Positions 1 to 14,400 of a stretch of DNA of 64,000 nt are shown piece after piece (the first letter of the stretch is position 1; each line of letters begins with the position of its first letter). The stretch is from Vicugna vicugna (taxonomy: Eukaryota). Both the position numbers and the translations under genes were made by a program. The stretch spans positions 2,171,690 to 2,235,689 of the forward strand of contig MU058384.1 in NCBI GenBank assembly GCA_013265495.1, read 5' to 3'. The notes below the pieces were generated by a model. It was not told the DNA's origin and did not search any database. It was given only the letters and a program-made list of their open reading frames with translations.

Positions 1-910
1 GGAGTGAAGGTGAAAGGCGATGAGAAGCCAAGTCCAGGTGGAGAAGTCGGTCTTTTGAGGTGAGCATGAGTGCTTCTGCCATCGTAACAGAAGGGAAGAC
101 AGAATGAAGGTAAGAGGTGGGGTAGGTGGCGGATTTTGTGGTGGGAGGAAAACTAAGGGGTTTCCTTAAAGAAGTAAAAGGTGAAGTCAACAAGTGAGTG
201 AGCATTAATGAAAGAGTGACTCCAGCAGAGAAGAGATGACAGTCATCTCAAAGAATGGGAAAGTGAAGTTACCAAGGAAATGCAGTAGGATTGCCTAGCG
301 GTGCTGCAATCCCATTTGATATGTATGCCATTTAAGTAAAGTTAGATCAACAAGAACAGTTGTGTTACTCTTTTCAACAGTCTTCAGCTGCTTTGGTACA
401 GGCAGGCATAGATCATGCACATGGCTGTATTTTAGCCAGCTTTGGGATTTAGGCAAATGAACTGGGATTTAGCCAGGAGAAAAATAAACAAGAGTTAAGT
501 TCAGCTTCCTTGCAAGAGAGTAACAATAATGAGGAACCATTAATCCAAGTTTAATGAAGAAGGAACCAGGGTCGAAGGCTTGGTGATAGAGAATGGAAAA
601 GTGGGAATGTGTGGATTGGAGGTATTCGGGCAAAGAGCTGATGGAGTAGGAATATCTGAGCGTGGGATTTGGAAGTGGTACTCAGACACAGGCTTGAGAT
701 CAAGATTTGATTTCAGAGGTGACGACAGCTACCGGGGATGACAAGCTCAAGTGTGACACCTGAGGTGGTGGAAAAGAGATTTTTTGCCTGAGAAATCAGG
801 GTCTTCTGACTGAACCAGGGTCTCAATGGTTCATCCAGGTGTAAATTATATTTGACCAGAATGGCAGTGGGAAATCTATTGTTTGAGTGCCAATAAGTTT
901 CACCTGAGAC
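1..910. mobile_element. Degenerate L2-like sequence
   Basis: Purine-rich, L2-like composition; family assignment uncertain. Confidence 0.4.
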
Positions 911-2347
911 CATTTCTGTGTCATCAAATCTATTCTTCCTTCCCCCTTTTTGCCTTTATTCTCTTAGCCTTTCAATACATTTCTTTCTCACATCCTTTCC
1001 TTTTTTATCCTACTCCAGTTTAAAAGTTTGCTTTGCTCCCATTATAAAAGTAGTACTAATTCACTACAGAAAATAGAGGCACATAAAGGAAATAAAAGGG
1101 GAAAAAATAAAAGAAAGGAAAACTCACTCATCTTATCCAACTCTCGCTGGCGTGTTGGTATACACACATCCTTCCAAACCCTCTTTACACACACGCACCA
1201 CTGCCATCCTCCCCCAAGCATGCACAGGTTTTAAACACTGAGATCACACCATCCCTAGTCTTTGTAACCTACTCTTCTCAAACTGATTTTAAAAGTAGAA
1301 AAATTTGAAAAACACATCCAGAGATAGACAATGTTAACAGTTTACTATATTTCCTCTTAGAGTTTTCTATGCCTAGATTCGACATAGTTGAGATTATATA
1401 ATTGTAATAACTGTAAAAAAATTTTTTCTTTTTACAGTAATTTGTATTTTGTTTTCTTTTAAACTCCTTCCCATCCTTTTGTCTTCTCCTTTGCCTGGTG
1501 GAATCCTGCCAGGGTCATGTTTTGTATGTACTGAATAGTCCAGTGAAATCTGAGGATTAAGAAGAATTTTTAAAAAGCTCCCTAAGGAATGGGTAGTAAG
1601 AAACAGAAATTTCACCTTCCTTCTCTCTTGCTCTGCTTGATTAAAGAACAACAGCAGCAAAACAAAAACAAAAACCACACACCCCGGAATCCATGAATGC
1701 AGAGCTTTTACTAACAGATTTCTGTTAAATCTGGCTGGTTCCAGACAGAGGCACTTAAAATGCTCAGCTACCACACTCACTTTTACAGGGCACTTCATTG
1801 TTTTTAATACTCTAATATTTAAGTATTTAAATATTTTTTATTTTAGTTATTTAATTATATTGTTTTGCCATTCAGAAGTCCCGAATCGTAAGGCACTAAT
1901 ATCCTAACTTTCATAGGAGGGAACAGAGGCCACGTGGCTGAGGTGATGTGAGTGAGATTAAAATCCAGGTCCCTGGTCACCAAGTTCATGCCCACTCGTT
2001 CCAGGGTCAGCAGGGAAAGTTTTCTCAGACTGACCAGTTAAGGTTCCTACGCTGGTCAGGCACTTTTCCCTGTACGATGGAGGCTGACTTTACTGTATTT
2101 TCCAGAAGAAATAGAAATAATGTTCCTGGTTGCCTCTTGCCATAGTGGCTTTCTTTCTTTAGGGACTAGTTACTCAGACCACTAACCCTGATGCCCTTTC
2201 CTCCTAAATACCTGAGTGTGTGAGATATATGAGAAAAAGAAAAAAATAAATAAATAAACGTGACTGAGTCTTCTGAACAGAGGGCGTCTCACAAATCCAC
2301 GAAACCCCATCACAAAGTAGGTATGACCACTGCTTTTCAGCACTGAC

Positions 2348-2476
2348 CTGATGCTCCGAGTGGTGCAAAGATGTCCACGTGACCCCCTTCATCTTCAGGG
2401 GCCACACAGCTTCCTAATTTCTCCCAGAAGTCTCTCACTTCAGGCCTCAATAAATTTTTAACACCAATTTTATAGC
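2348..2476 (-). CDS. ECT2L: ECT2L coding exon 8 ([42 protein letters not shown])
   Basis: cctcag|GCT ... CAG|gtcagt; 129 nt. Confidence 0.95.
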
Positions 2477-5400
2477 CTGAGGGGGAAAAGTCAAAATGTC
2501 TATTAGTTTAAGAGAAACTCTCAGCACCTCGTGAAAATGCGAAAAGCCTGCTCCGGGACAAGATCTCCGGGACACCGCTGCTTCAGCGCTGCCTCTACGT
2601 TAGGGCCACGGAAGGTACCCCTGACCCCCACCGTGGCCCCGGGCTCCTCACGTTCTGGATTCACTGGACACTGAGCAGTTAGGTTTAGGATGTCGTCTGA
2701 GGAGGGTGGCCAGTCAAGTCCGGGGATTTTGCAACCAAGTTCTAAAGGGGAAATGTGTCCCCCAATTGCCAATCAAAAAATAAGTCCCTCAGAGCAGAAG
2801 TAAGGCTCCCAGGGATGCGAAGCATCGCTGTCCCTCTCACTTCCTGGGAATGCAGCGTGTGATGGCGCCCCTCATCCGCACATGTCTGGCCCCACTTCCA
2901 AAGGAGCCCTGGAGACGCTGCCTTCCGAAGCCCCAGCAATGGAAGGGAGCAAAGTCGGGCACAACAATCCCTCCGCTTCACTTCTTCGCACCGAGAGGTC
3001 TAAGCGCGCAAGGGTAGGACCTCTCCAGGTGACTGGAGTGAGAGATTTCATTTTGTTTTCAAGGAAAAAGCTTTTGGGAAAAAAAAAAAACCCACTATCA
3101 TTATATAGAAGGAAACTTTTGGTTTCTGAGGTATTTCGCTATTTTACTCTTGCTTTAAAAAAAGAAAACAGGACAAAGGCGGAATTTGGAAACCTTTCTC
3201 ATCTGGAGAACAAGACGGCTGGGACCAGGACACCCTCACCGGCTCCCTCACTGCACCGGCAGTGAACACGCTACCACGGGGTAAGCTTGCAGTCGGTGCC
3301 TCCCTGCCACTGAGAGACGCATCGCCGTGTAATTCAGCAGCTTTGCCTCACTTTTGGAGGCTGTATAAAATTGAATGTGGAATGCAACTCGTTCCAGGCA
3401 CAGATAAACTAAACAAGAAAAGCCAAAAATAAGGTAAAGTGAAACAAAAAGCAGTTCGTTTTTGCTAATAAATTTACTGAAACCATTCCCAGTATGCTGA
3501 GTTCCAGCTACAGGGATGGAAGTCTGATAGATGATTCAGAGTACAGACGGTCCCCAGCTTATGGTGGTCCAACTTGGGATTTTTTGGCCACATGTTGGTG
3601 GTAAAGCAATACACTCTCAGTAGAAACCATACTTTGAATTTTGGTCTTTTCCCGGGCTAGCTGTATGTGGTTCGATACTCTCGTGGGGCTGGACAGCAGC
3701 AGGGAGCTGTGGCCCCCAGTCAGCCACCTGAGCTTGAGGGTAAATAGCTGGTACAACTACACCCCTTCTGTACCCACACAACCATCCTGTTCTCATTTCA
3801 GCACAGCATTCAGTAAATCACATGAGATAGTCAACACTTGATTATAAAACAGGTTCTGTGTTAGGTGATTTTTGTCGCATTGTAGGCTAATGTAAGTGTT
3901 CTGAGCAGGTTAAGGTAGACTGTGAAGTTTGGTAGGTTAGGTGTATTCAGTGCATTTTGACTTAAACCCATCATAAGTTGAAACTATTTTATCAGGACAT
4001 AACCCCACCATAAGCTGAGGAAGATCTGTCTTCACTCTACCATTTTGTGAGTTCCCTGCCAGCTGGATCCTTGACCATCTGTTATTACCTCTCTTCCCTC
4101 ATTTCACAAAGATGGAAGATTTCATGTTAGTAAAACTTAAAACCTGTTTAGGTATAAGCGAGGAAGGTTGCAAGTTGTATATGAGAAAGAATAGAAACTG
4201 AAAGTTTATTTCTAAAACATTCATCTCCTTGCCCCACAAAGGGTTATCATTGAAATGTTTAAAAGATGGCCCATAACAGGTGAATGGTACCAGTAAATCC
4301 TGTCCTTTGTGGTATAAGCCATTTGGAAGTATAATGAATATTATTAGTGCACACCAGTATATAGATTTTGGTATTTGCTGCTGTTAAAATTGCTTCATTT
4401 TCATCAAACTTAAAATTGTTTCGTACATCAAAGAATATAATGAACAGAGTGAAAGGCAGCCTACAGAATGGGAGAAAATGTTGGTGAAACATGTAAGTGA
4501 TAAGGGATTAGTGTCCAGACTTTATAGAGAATGTCTACCACTCAGTAACAAAAAAATCAAATAACCCAGTTTAAAAAAAGCAAAAAACTTGAATAGACAT
4601 TTCTCTAAAGAAGATATACAAATGGTCAACAAGCATATAAAAAGATGTTCAACATCACTAATCATCAAAGAAATGCAAGTGAAAGTCATAATGGATATCA
4701 CCTCATACACATTGGGACAGGATATTAAAAAACAGAAAGGAAAAAACAGATGTTGGTGATAATGTGAAGATATTAGAACCCTTATGCACTGTTGGTAGGA
4801 TTGTAAAATGGTGTAGCCACTATGGAAAATAGTATGGAGTTTCCTCAAAAAATAAAAAATGATCCAGCAATCCCACTTCTGAGCATACATCCAAAGGAAT
4901 CGAAAGCAGAATCTCAGGGATATTTGCACACTTATGTTCATAACAGCTCTCATGGCCAAAACGTGGAAGCAACCCAAATGTCCACTGGCAAATGAACAGA
5001 GTAGGTGTGAGTATATACCCACACACTGGAATATGAATTATTCAACCTCAAAGGAAGAATATTCTGTCACATGATACAACATGGATAAAACTTGAGGACA
5101 TTAAGTGAAATAATCCAATCACAAAAAGTCAAATACTGTATGATTCCACTTAGATGAAGTATCTGAAGTAGTCAAATTCATAGGAACAGAAAGCAGAATG
5201 GTATTTCCTAAGGGCTAAGGGGAGGGGGCAGAGGAGAGTTGTTTAATGGTGTGATGATTAATTTTATGTGTCAACTTTGCCGGGCCCTGGGTACCCAGAA
5301 ATTTGGTCAAACATTATTTTGGGTGCATCTGTGAGGGCGTTTGGGGTGAGATTAACATTTAAGTAGGTAGACTGAGTAAAGCAGATTATCCTCCCTAATA

Positions 5401-8400
5401 TGGATGGGCCTCATCCAGTCAGTTGAAGGCCTGAATAGAACAAAAAGGTGGTCCCTTCTTGAATAAGAAGGAACTCCTCCTGCCTGACTGCTTTGAGCTG
5501 GGATATCAACCTTTTTAACCAACTGAAACTCAAAAAGTATTCTGAAGGTCGTATGTGGGGATAAATACTACAGCAGAGCACAGTGGGTTGTTCTTTCCAA
5601 TCCCCAGGCTTACCTTGGATTAAATTAATTTCTCTGCTGTCTCCATCACTAAATATTCCCACACTCTGTGCCTTCTGCCCATCCAGAGCTTTTTCTATGA
5701 GATAAAATAGGCTCTCCAAGGTTAGGCCGCTGTGTTCGTACACCACAGAAATGATCCCTGCTTTAACACTGTTCACCACCATCTAGAAAATGAAACCAGA
5801 GCTGCAGGAACCAAAGCCCATTATTTTAGAATATTTATTAATAAAATAAACACAATGAATATGTAACCTGCTATGATTTTTAATGACTGTTTTTCTTCAG
5901 AAATGGTAGAAGGAAGATAAGCTTTCTCCTTCACTAGTTTCTTTTTAAATTTTTATTTCTTTTCTAATTATAAGAGGAGAAATTTAAGTACATTTGTAAG
6001 TCTACCACTCAGAGAGAAATTCTAACAAACTATTTTCTGCCAGCTTTTTTATCTTTGTACACACCCCTGCACAGAGATACACATACAACTTTTAAAAAAT
6101 AATAAAGTCAAGATTGTACAATTTTGCAATAGACTTCTTAAATAGATTTTATTTTCCTCTTAATCATAAATTTTTGAATTATCAATATTGATAAATATTT
6201 CACATTTAAATAAATATTAAAACCACTGTTCTTTGAATTCAACAACCAAGTAAAATTTTCACTGTGATGAAGTTAATTCTTTAGCAACAGACAGGTTGGA
6301 AAGTCATTGATGTCACTGATTTTTCCCAAAACCTCACGCTACTTTCTAAAGGTCACAGTTCAAACATATAGAGTACTACCTTATGGTTACACTCTGCTTT
6401 TTGCCTAAACCCCCATTACATTCAAGTAATTATGGCATAGTCTTATGTAAAGAAGACAAATAGGAGAATGGATTTATTTTATACCAGCTTATTCACCCAT
6501 ATTCTATCAACAGTTATCCTCTGTGCTTAGCACGATGCATTTTTTAACCTTATGGAAACCATCACATGGAGATCAAAACTCTGATCTTGCTTTCATGTGG
6601 ATCCATTAATTAAGCTAGCCAGTTGTAAATGATCAAAGTCAATTCCTAGATGCCCAAAAACAGAAGTGATTTCATATCTTGAAAGCAACCCTTTTGTTAC
6701 AGATAAGAATTTTTGCAAGAACTTTCTAAGTAAGCCAATGAATGTAGCCTACTAATGCCACTCCTTATATATGCCCCTGTGTGTGTATTAATACATAAAT
6801 GTGTACACAGATATACATACTTAAATATATAAATACATGCTTCCTGTATCTTCTTTGTGCTTCCTTTCTCTTATTCATATTAAAATAAAAATATATAACT
6901 TCACTATAGAAAGAGCATATTTTCATTTAATAGCACCCTTATTAAATAGATCACAGAATAAGATTTCTGACATTTTTCTTTTGAGAAATGGTGGTTACAT
7001 GATATTAAATTCCTTGGGCAGCCCAAAGAAATTTTAAAATAATTTGTATCACTTTGATTTTTTTATGGATTAAGTGCAACCAATTCAATTCAATAAGAAT
7101 TTATTGGACAGGTACTAAATGCAAGGCAGTTTAGGCCTTTAATAATTTTTAAAAAATAATTTTGACTCATGGTGATTTTTATTGCTTCTGATTTTTAAAA
7201 CTGTTTTGGGTATATACATTTCCACTGAGATCAGACCACTTTCCTTGTAGGAGATTAATCATTCTCATACCCATAGTGGCCAAAAGATTGCCATCTGTCC
7301 CCTCTAGGGGAGGTGAAAAAAAACCCATTCAGGAAGGGGCTGGCCTCATAACACACTGGGTACCTCGTATGCAGGAATCCGAGAGGATATTAATATGAAG
7401 TGCGGCTGGAGAGCATTTGAAGAGCTGACATCACTTTCATAAAGTCCCCGCCAATTTTTCTTTGGTAGGAAAGGGTAGGAATGGCATCCAGAAACATTGC
7501 TTCTGCAGGGGAAAGGGGGGATAAGTGAAGTTTTTATTATCCCTTAACTTGACTTTGATAAGTGAGAACCAGTTTGTTATCTGGAAATCAGTTACCCTGT
7601 ACAAGGTAGGCGACCTCAGGACCTTAGTCTCTTCCTGTGGTTTTCAGGGACAGCAGCAAACAGGGCTCCCGGTTGAATGGGACCAATGCTGCCCTCTGGG
7701 CCTCTCCCTCTACGTTCATGGGATGCTAAAGAGGGCTCTTGGAATTTACTTTTGTAGGGCACTTAAAGCCAATGTAGTGACAGACTTCAGGGCTCAAAAC
7801 GGCATTTGTAAAAGGAGCAGCCAAGAGATTTTAAATTTCCTTCATCATCCGGGCCTCCTGGTTTTCCAAGTAATGTCCAGTCTCTCCCCAGCCACCCCCA
7901 ATCCCAATACCATTCGGATATGCTTACCCCATAAAAAAATTTCTGAAAAAATGTTATTTTTGCTCAAAAACTTTATACAGAAAATGTGCTACATCCATAA
8001 AATAGGCTCTTTGTGGGATTAAGAATATCTGAAATGTAAATTTTGAATGTTACATATTTCCATCTTCGGGAAGCATGTTAAAGGCCACTGTTCTTGAAGA
8101 TTTAGGAACTGTTTCTATTGCTATTTCATAGGATAAGAGATGTATAATTATACAAGATCCCTGCATGTTGACTAAATTACTCTAGAATGATTTCTTGGTA
8201 TCATGGGACAGTCCTGAGCCTTCAGCAGATGGAGGTTTGCTTACCGCTTGGGCAAAGCGTCTAAAGATGCCAAAATCAGCTGTTTCTCCAAAGTTTCATG
8301 GAATCCCACTCGATCCCTCATGGTCTGGGAGAGACATGGTTGGCATTTGGATTTTAACAATCTAGAGCAGCATGTTCCACTCACCCAAGGGGGTCGAACG

Positions 8401-11400
8401 TTGAACAACAACTCTGAAAAACAGACAGCAGCAGGCTCAGCTGTTGACTCCATGCTGCTCCCAGCCAAGTCTGCACAGATAAAGGCATCAGATATAAAGC
8501 TGAACCAGGGCAGTGTTCCAGATGGAAGTAATTACAGCCAGTGTTACAGGCTCTATTTGGATCTCTTATCCTCTCAGCTCTGTGGCTGCAAGTTACCAGT
8601 CATTTCAGGTCAAGATACAAAACTCAGAGAACAAGCAACTCTTTTCTTGTGGAAACCAGTTCATCAGTTTATAGGCTTCACAGCTATTTTTGCCCTTCTT
8701 CTTGGCTTCCAGTAATTTCCCATTTGTTACAATCTTGCAGAGGGTGAGTCAGTAACAAAACAAAGATGGGAGAACTCAAATCAGGTTTGCTGATTACCTT
8801 TACACACCATGCGAATCAGAAGGCTTAGCTGAGAGCATGTCTCATCCCTACTCCCTTTGCACTGTTTTTTTGATGTCATTCTTCCTGCTTCCATTTCCAT
8901 TTTCATTTTTCTTCTTTTCCACTGATCCTGTTCCTTCTTGTTCTGAACCTATTTATTTGTTTTTGCCTGTGTTCATAGCCCTCTCTCCCCATCTTTGGTC
9001 TTATGAGGCATGGATATTTGACCTTATACATTTCATCAGAAATCTTTTTGTTTTTCTTGATTAACTTGAAATACATAGTGAAGAAAAAAAGAGCTTGTCC
9101 TTAACATACTTTAGAGAATGCCACCTACAGGCTATTTCAGAAAGACAGCACTGTCCTCCTCTATGTAAATCCCTTGGTTTCAACAATACTTGGCTAAGAC
9201 ACAAAGTTTTAAAATGCCACTCACTCTTACGTAGTGCAATTTTCTCCCAGATTATCTTCCTAAGGCACTTTTCTCTTTGCCTTTCCTGTAGCTCCTCATC
9301 TTCTGTTTTGGGTTCATTCAGAGTCCCATACATTGCAGCGGCTTCCCTAGGAGTTAGCCAGTCTAAGTTGGACACACAAGCAATGTAATGGTGCTTCCAA
9401 GCACCATACTCATTCTCTGTTGGAGTATAGGGCAGAAACCAGCCAAACTTAATGCATTTGGGCATCCATAAGCAATCCTTCCAAAAAAGAAATGAGAAAG
9501 ATGAGTTGCAAGGACAATTTCCCGGTAGTAATCTTTTCAGGGACACGTAATTTTTTCTTACTACATTGAGATGCCTAGTACAGTTGACTTGCCATCTGAA
9601 CTTGACTCTGAGAAGTAAGAGATACACCTTACTCCATAGGAAAAATATTCCTTGATGAACATGTATTTACATATTCATGCATTGTATATGAATATATGTA
9701 TTAGTCATCTTTGTACACTTATCCAGTGTTCCCATAGCATTTGGTTACTTTAACCCCAGATTCTGAGAATTCTGCTTCTAGCAATGGTGTGGTAGCTTGT
9801 TTCAGACCAACCTTCCTACTGGGAACAACTTTGACCCACACGATGTTGCCAATATGCAACCAGTTTTGATATATGAAAACAGCAAATTTCATGTGGTTTA
9901 AATTAATCAAATAACTAGACAAAATACTATAAAGCAATCATTTGAGCTACTGATGTAATAAGGACTTGTGCAACCATGACCCCAAAGAGAAGGGAAACCC
10001 AGAGAGGTAATATTTTGATTTGGCCTCACTTTTCACTTCAAGGAATTTGACGGTTCCAAAGTAAAGCCTAAGCTGAGAAGCAGGGTAGAAAGTTGTGACT
10101 GAAAGACTTAGATGTTGTTAAGAATTTAAGGCATTTTCAAATTCAGGGCTCGCTAAGGGGAAGCACCCTGGTGATGACCCCAGGCTTTCAGCCGAGATAT
10201 TTTTCAGTAGGATGATAAGGAATTAGACTGAAACTAGCTTTAAATAGCCCATCCTCTGGTTAGATTTAAGTGATCTATTTCTAGCCTACCCAAATGCCAG
10301 AAGCGAAGTCAAATTCTCTCTGGAGGAAGATAACATCACCCAGAGAGACTCAAATTCTCACATCGGTTTTGATACTCAGGATCTGGTTCTCAATCAAAAA
10401 TGCCAGGTACACAAAAAGATAAAAGTTGTTTTTTCTTTAGTTTTTTTTTTTTTTTTTTTTTTTTTTTAGTAAATAGAGACCCTCAGGAGAGCCAAAAGTT
10501 GTAATTTTCAGACATGAACTTTAAAAAAAAAATTTTAATTAATAGGCCTAAGAAATTAAATGGCTGGAAAGTTTTGGCAAAGCAATCAAGTCAACAGTCT
10601 AGGACTGAAAAATAGCTGAAATTTAGAACTCAATGGACCAGTTTAAGAGCAAATTAGAATCCAGCTAAAGAGATAATTTGAAAACTAGGCAGAAGAAAAA
10701 TCTAGACTGAAACACTAAAGGCCAAAAAGACGGGAAAGACACATAAGAGAATATGAAACATATGAGACATGGTGAATCAATCTAGTGTATTGAATCCCAG
10801 AAAAAAGAGAGAGAAAATGGGGCAGAAGCAATATATGAAGAGGTAGCATCTGAGAACTTTGCAAAACCGGTAAGACATTTATCTCCAATTGAAAAATCAT
10901 TTCAAAATACAAAACAGACAAACACCTCTAGGTGAATTGTAATAAAATTGCAGGAAAAAAAAGAGAGAGAAAAAAATCCTAAAAGCAGCTAGAGAAAACA
11001 AGTATTACCTTTAAAGGAACAATAATAAAACTCCCTACTTCTCAAAAAAAAAAAAGTTATGAAAGCCAGAGAACAATGGAAAATTTTCAGAGTTCTATGA
11101 AAAATTAACTACCAACCCAGAGCTCAAATTCTCAGTGAAAATAGCCTTCAAATTTGAAGGTGAAATAAAGACATTTTCAGACAAAAACTAAGAGAATGTG
11201 TCAGCAGCAAGCTGCAGTCTAGGAAATAGTAAAGAGAATTCAGAAGAAAAATGATCCCAAAAGGAATCTCAGAGATGCAAGAAAGTGTGAAGAAAACATA
11301 AAAAGAGTTACTCCTAAGTAAATATTGACTCTATCAAACAATAAAAGACTTGTGAGGTTTATGTGTGTGTATATATATATAAGTGTGTGTTTGTGTATTT

Positions 11401-14400
11401 TATATTTGTGTGTGTGTAAAATTAAAATATTTGATAACCAAAGCATAAAAACTGAGCAGGGAAGCAAATGGAGTTAAGGAGTTCTATGCTCCCTGCATTA
11501 TCTTGGAGGAGGTAAGATAACCCTAGGATGAGTGCTGTAATGAGTGCTGTGTTAGCCGAAAGAGAACTGCTAGAGGCTTTACAGTTCATCTCAAAAAAGT
11601 TTAAGTTAACCCTGAAAGAAGACAAGGAGAGCAACAAAATATAAAATAGTAAATAAAATACTGGGGAGGGGAGGATATAGTTCATTGGTATGCTCAGCAT
11701 GCACAAGGTCCTGGGTTCAATCCCCAGTACCTCCATTTAAAAAACAAATAGTAGAAAGGTGGACTTGAGCCCAAACATACCAGTATTTACATAAATGTGA
11801 ACAGACTGAATTACCCCAGCTAAAAGTCAAAGATTGTTGAGTGTTAAAAGAAAACCACTACCACCATAATCTGTTTACAAGATATGTTCCTTAAATATAA
11901 GGACACAGGAAGTTTGAAAGTAAGGCAGACAGACCACGGGAACACTAAGCCTGGATTCGTACATGCTAGAAATCCAGGGCTCACAGTTGGCTCTTGCGCG
12001 TGGCCCCTCAGGTATTCTCTGAGATCAGAATCTCAGCACAAACTCATCCTGGAAAATTTGTACGAGTTAAAGGAGTAAATTATTGACTTGTATTTAATGT
12101 CTACCAGGAGACAGATAGTCCAGAGGCAGAATTAATGGCAGAGGATGTAGAAGATAGAGATTTATACTCCTCAATAGATGTTAACCAAAGAGGGATCAGT
12201 TAGCGTTGTGGTTGTATAGCAATTATTGAGGTGAGTTATCATGAATAAAATAACATTATTTAAAAACCAAAGCTTAAATGATTTTTCACAAAAAGTTGGA
12301 CTTCTTTATTGCAGACAAATTATTTTCTAAATAACTGAGTATTTAAAGATTATTAAAATTGCATGAATTATTAGAATAGTGTATATACCCTGACTTACAA
12401 AATAAACTACTATTTTTAGTTCATCCCCATTTTTTTTTCTCTTAAGGGTAAGTTAATTATGAGTCAGATACCCTCAGTTATTATCTTCAGGGAGGAGAAC
12501 TACCCCAATTGCCTCATTACAGATGACAGTTGCATTTGGACCTGTTACTGGGAAGTGACAAATAGTAAACCTGTTCAGTTAAAAACTTCCAGGGCCAGCT
12601 GACTTGTGCAGCTGCACATAAGTCTTTCGGATTCAGAAAGGAAAAGATATAGAGAGAAATGAAGCGTGGTAACACTGTTGAGAAATCCACTCTGGCCACT
12701 TGCATCCTTTCTGAAAACCACTCTTGGACAACCCTAGAAAGCAAAATACAAAACTTTAGTTCAGAATACGAATATCTAAAATTGATTAAAAATCCAGTAT
12801 AAATATTGGTCATTGTTCTTTCTCTAATGTTCTACCTATTTAAAAAGTTAAATCCTAAATAACTGAAGGATAGATTTTTAAGAATACTGTACCCACTTTC
12901 AATGATCCATTCTAAAGAGGAAGATGAATAACAAAATATATCTAAAATCCACAAGAAAAAAAATCTGAAATAAACAGTTAAGACATGTCTGGTTTTTTTT
13001 TCTTTTCTTTTACCCCAAAATCAGTAAGTCCTGTCAGCTTTACAAATATACATCCCCCAGATATGTTCCCCAATCCAGCCACTTCTCTCCGCCTGCACTG
13101 CTTCCACGCCTCTCCCCTAACCCCAGGTGATTGCAGCCGCCTCCTGATTGCCCCTGTCCTTCCACTCCAGCCCTCCTAGAGCCCATTCTCCACACAGCAG
13201 CCAAAGGGATTTTTAAAAATGTAAATCAGATAAAGTTACTCATGCAAGTAAAACCCTACAATGACTTCCCAATGCACTTAGAATAAAAATCTATAGCTCC
13301 ATCATACTTAGTGGTGAAATAGCAGATGCCTTCCCCCTAACAAAGCAAGATTGTCCACTCTCACTACTTGCATTTACCGTGGAACAGAGGTCCTAGCCTG
13401 TGCAGCAAGGCAGGAAAAAATAGTAAAAGGTATACACATTGTAAAGGGAGCAGTGAAACGGTCTCAATTCATGTACCATGTATGTAGAATCTATACAACT
13501 ATTAAAATTGTTGAACTTGTTAGTATAAAATTGTTACAATTTTATTTTTTAGATGCTTATAGGATCTAGAGCAACATCCCCTTTTCATTCCTGATAGTCA
13601 TAATTTGTGTTTTCTCTCTTTTTCCCTTGGCTACTCTTGCTAGGAGTTTATAGATTTTATTACTTCTTTGTAACAAACCAGCTCTTGTTTTCATAGGTTT
13701 TCTCTATTGTTTGTCTGTTTCCTACTTTATTGATTTCCACTCTTCATCATTTCTTTCCTTCTACTTACTTCGGTGTAATTTGCTATTTTTTCCCCTAGTT
13801 TCTTAAGACAGAAATTTTGGTCATTAATTTTAAACCCCTTTTTTCTCTAACATTAACATTTATATGATATTTTCCCTCTAAGCTGTGCTTTTGCTGAATC
13901 CCACAAGCTTAGCCCTGTTGTAGTTTCCTTATCATTTAACTGTAAATATTTTCCGACTTCCCTTGTGATTTCTTCTTTGACCATAGGTTACTTATAAGTG
14001 ATGTTAATGTCTAAATATTTGAGGATTTTCTAGATATTTTATTTTTATTAATCTCAAAATGTATTGCATTGTGTTAAAGAATAATACTTAATAAGATTTC
14101 AACAATTCTGAAATGCACTGAGTCTTATTTTGTGGACCAGGAAGTGATGCATCTTGATGAATGTGAGTTTGCTCATAAAAGAACACATTTTTGGAGATTG
14201 TTGTGTCTAGTTTTCTACAAATTTTAGTTCAAGGTGGTTGAGAATATTGCTCAGTTCTTCTATATTCTTACTGTTTTTCGTTTGGTTCTATTTTGTCAGT
14301 TTTTATTTCATGTAATTTGAAACTCTGTTATTTGGTACATAAACATTTGTAATTGTTATGACTTCTTCATAAATTGATATTTTTCTCATTATAAAAACAT

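Noticed and set aside
1..2340. Next ECT2L exon (expected EAGIEVLSQL-like)
   Set aside because: Not found by eye; presumed to lie beyond the window edge.
4522..5022. 166-aa minus-strand ORF
   Set aside because: Antisense reading of an L1 3' end; a typical repeat-derived spurious ORF.
7525..8715. Plus-strand ORFs of 165 and 155 aa
   Set aside because: Intronic or antisense to ECT2L exons, non-ATG starts, no recognisable similarity.
13290..13600. Twin-primed (5'-inverted) L1
   Set aside because: Order and orientation of the pieces do not fit, and I found no shared TSD; probably independent old fragments.
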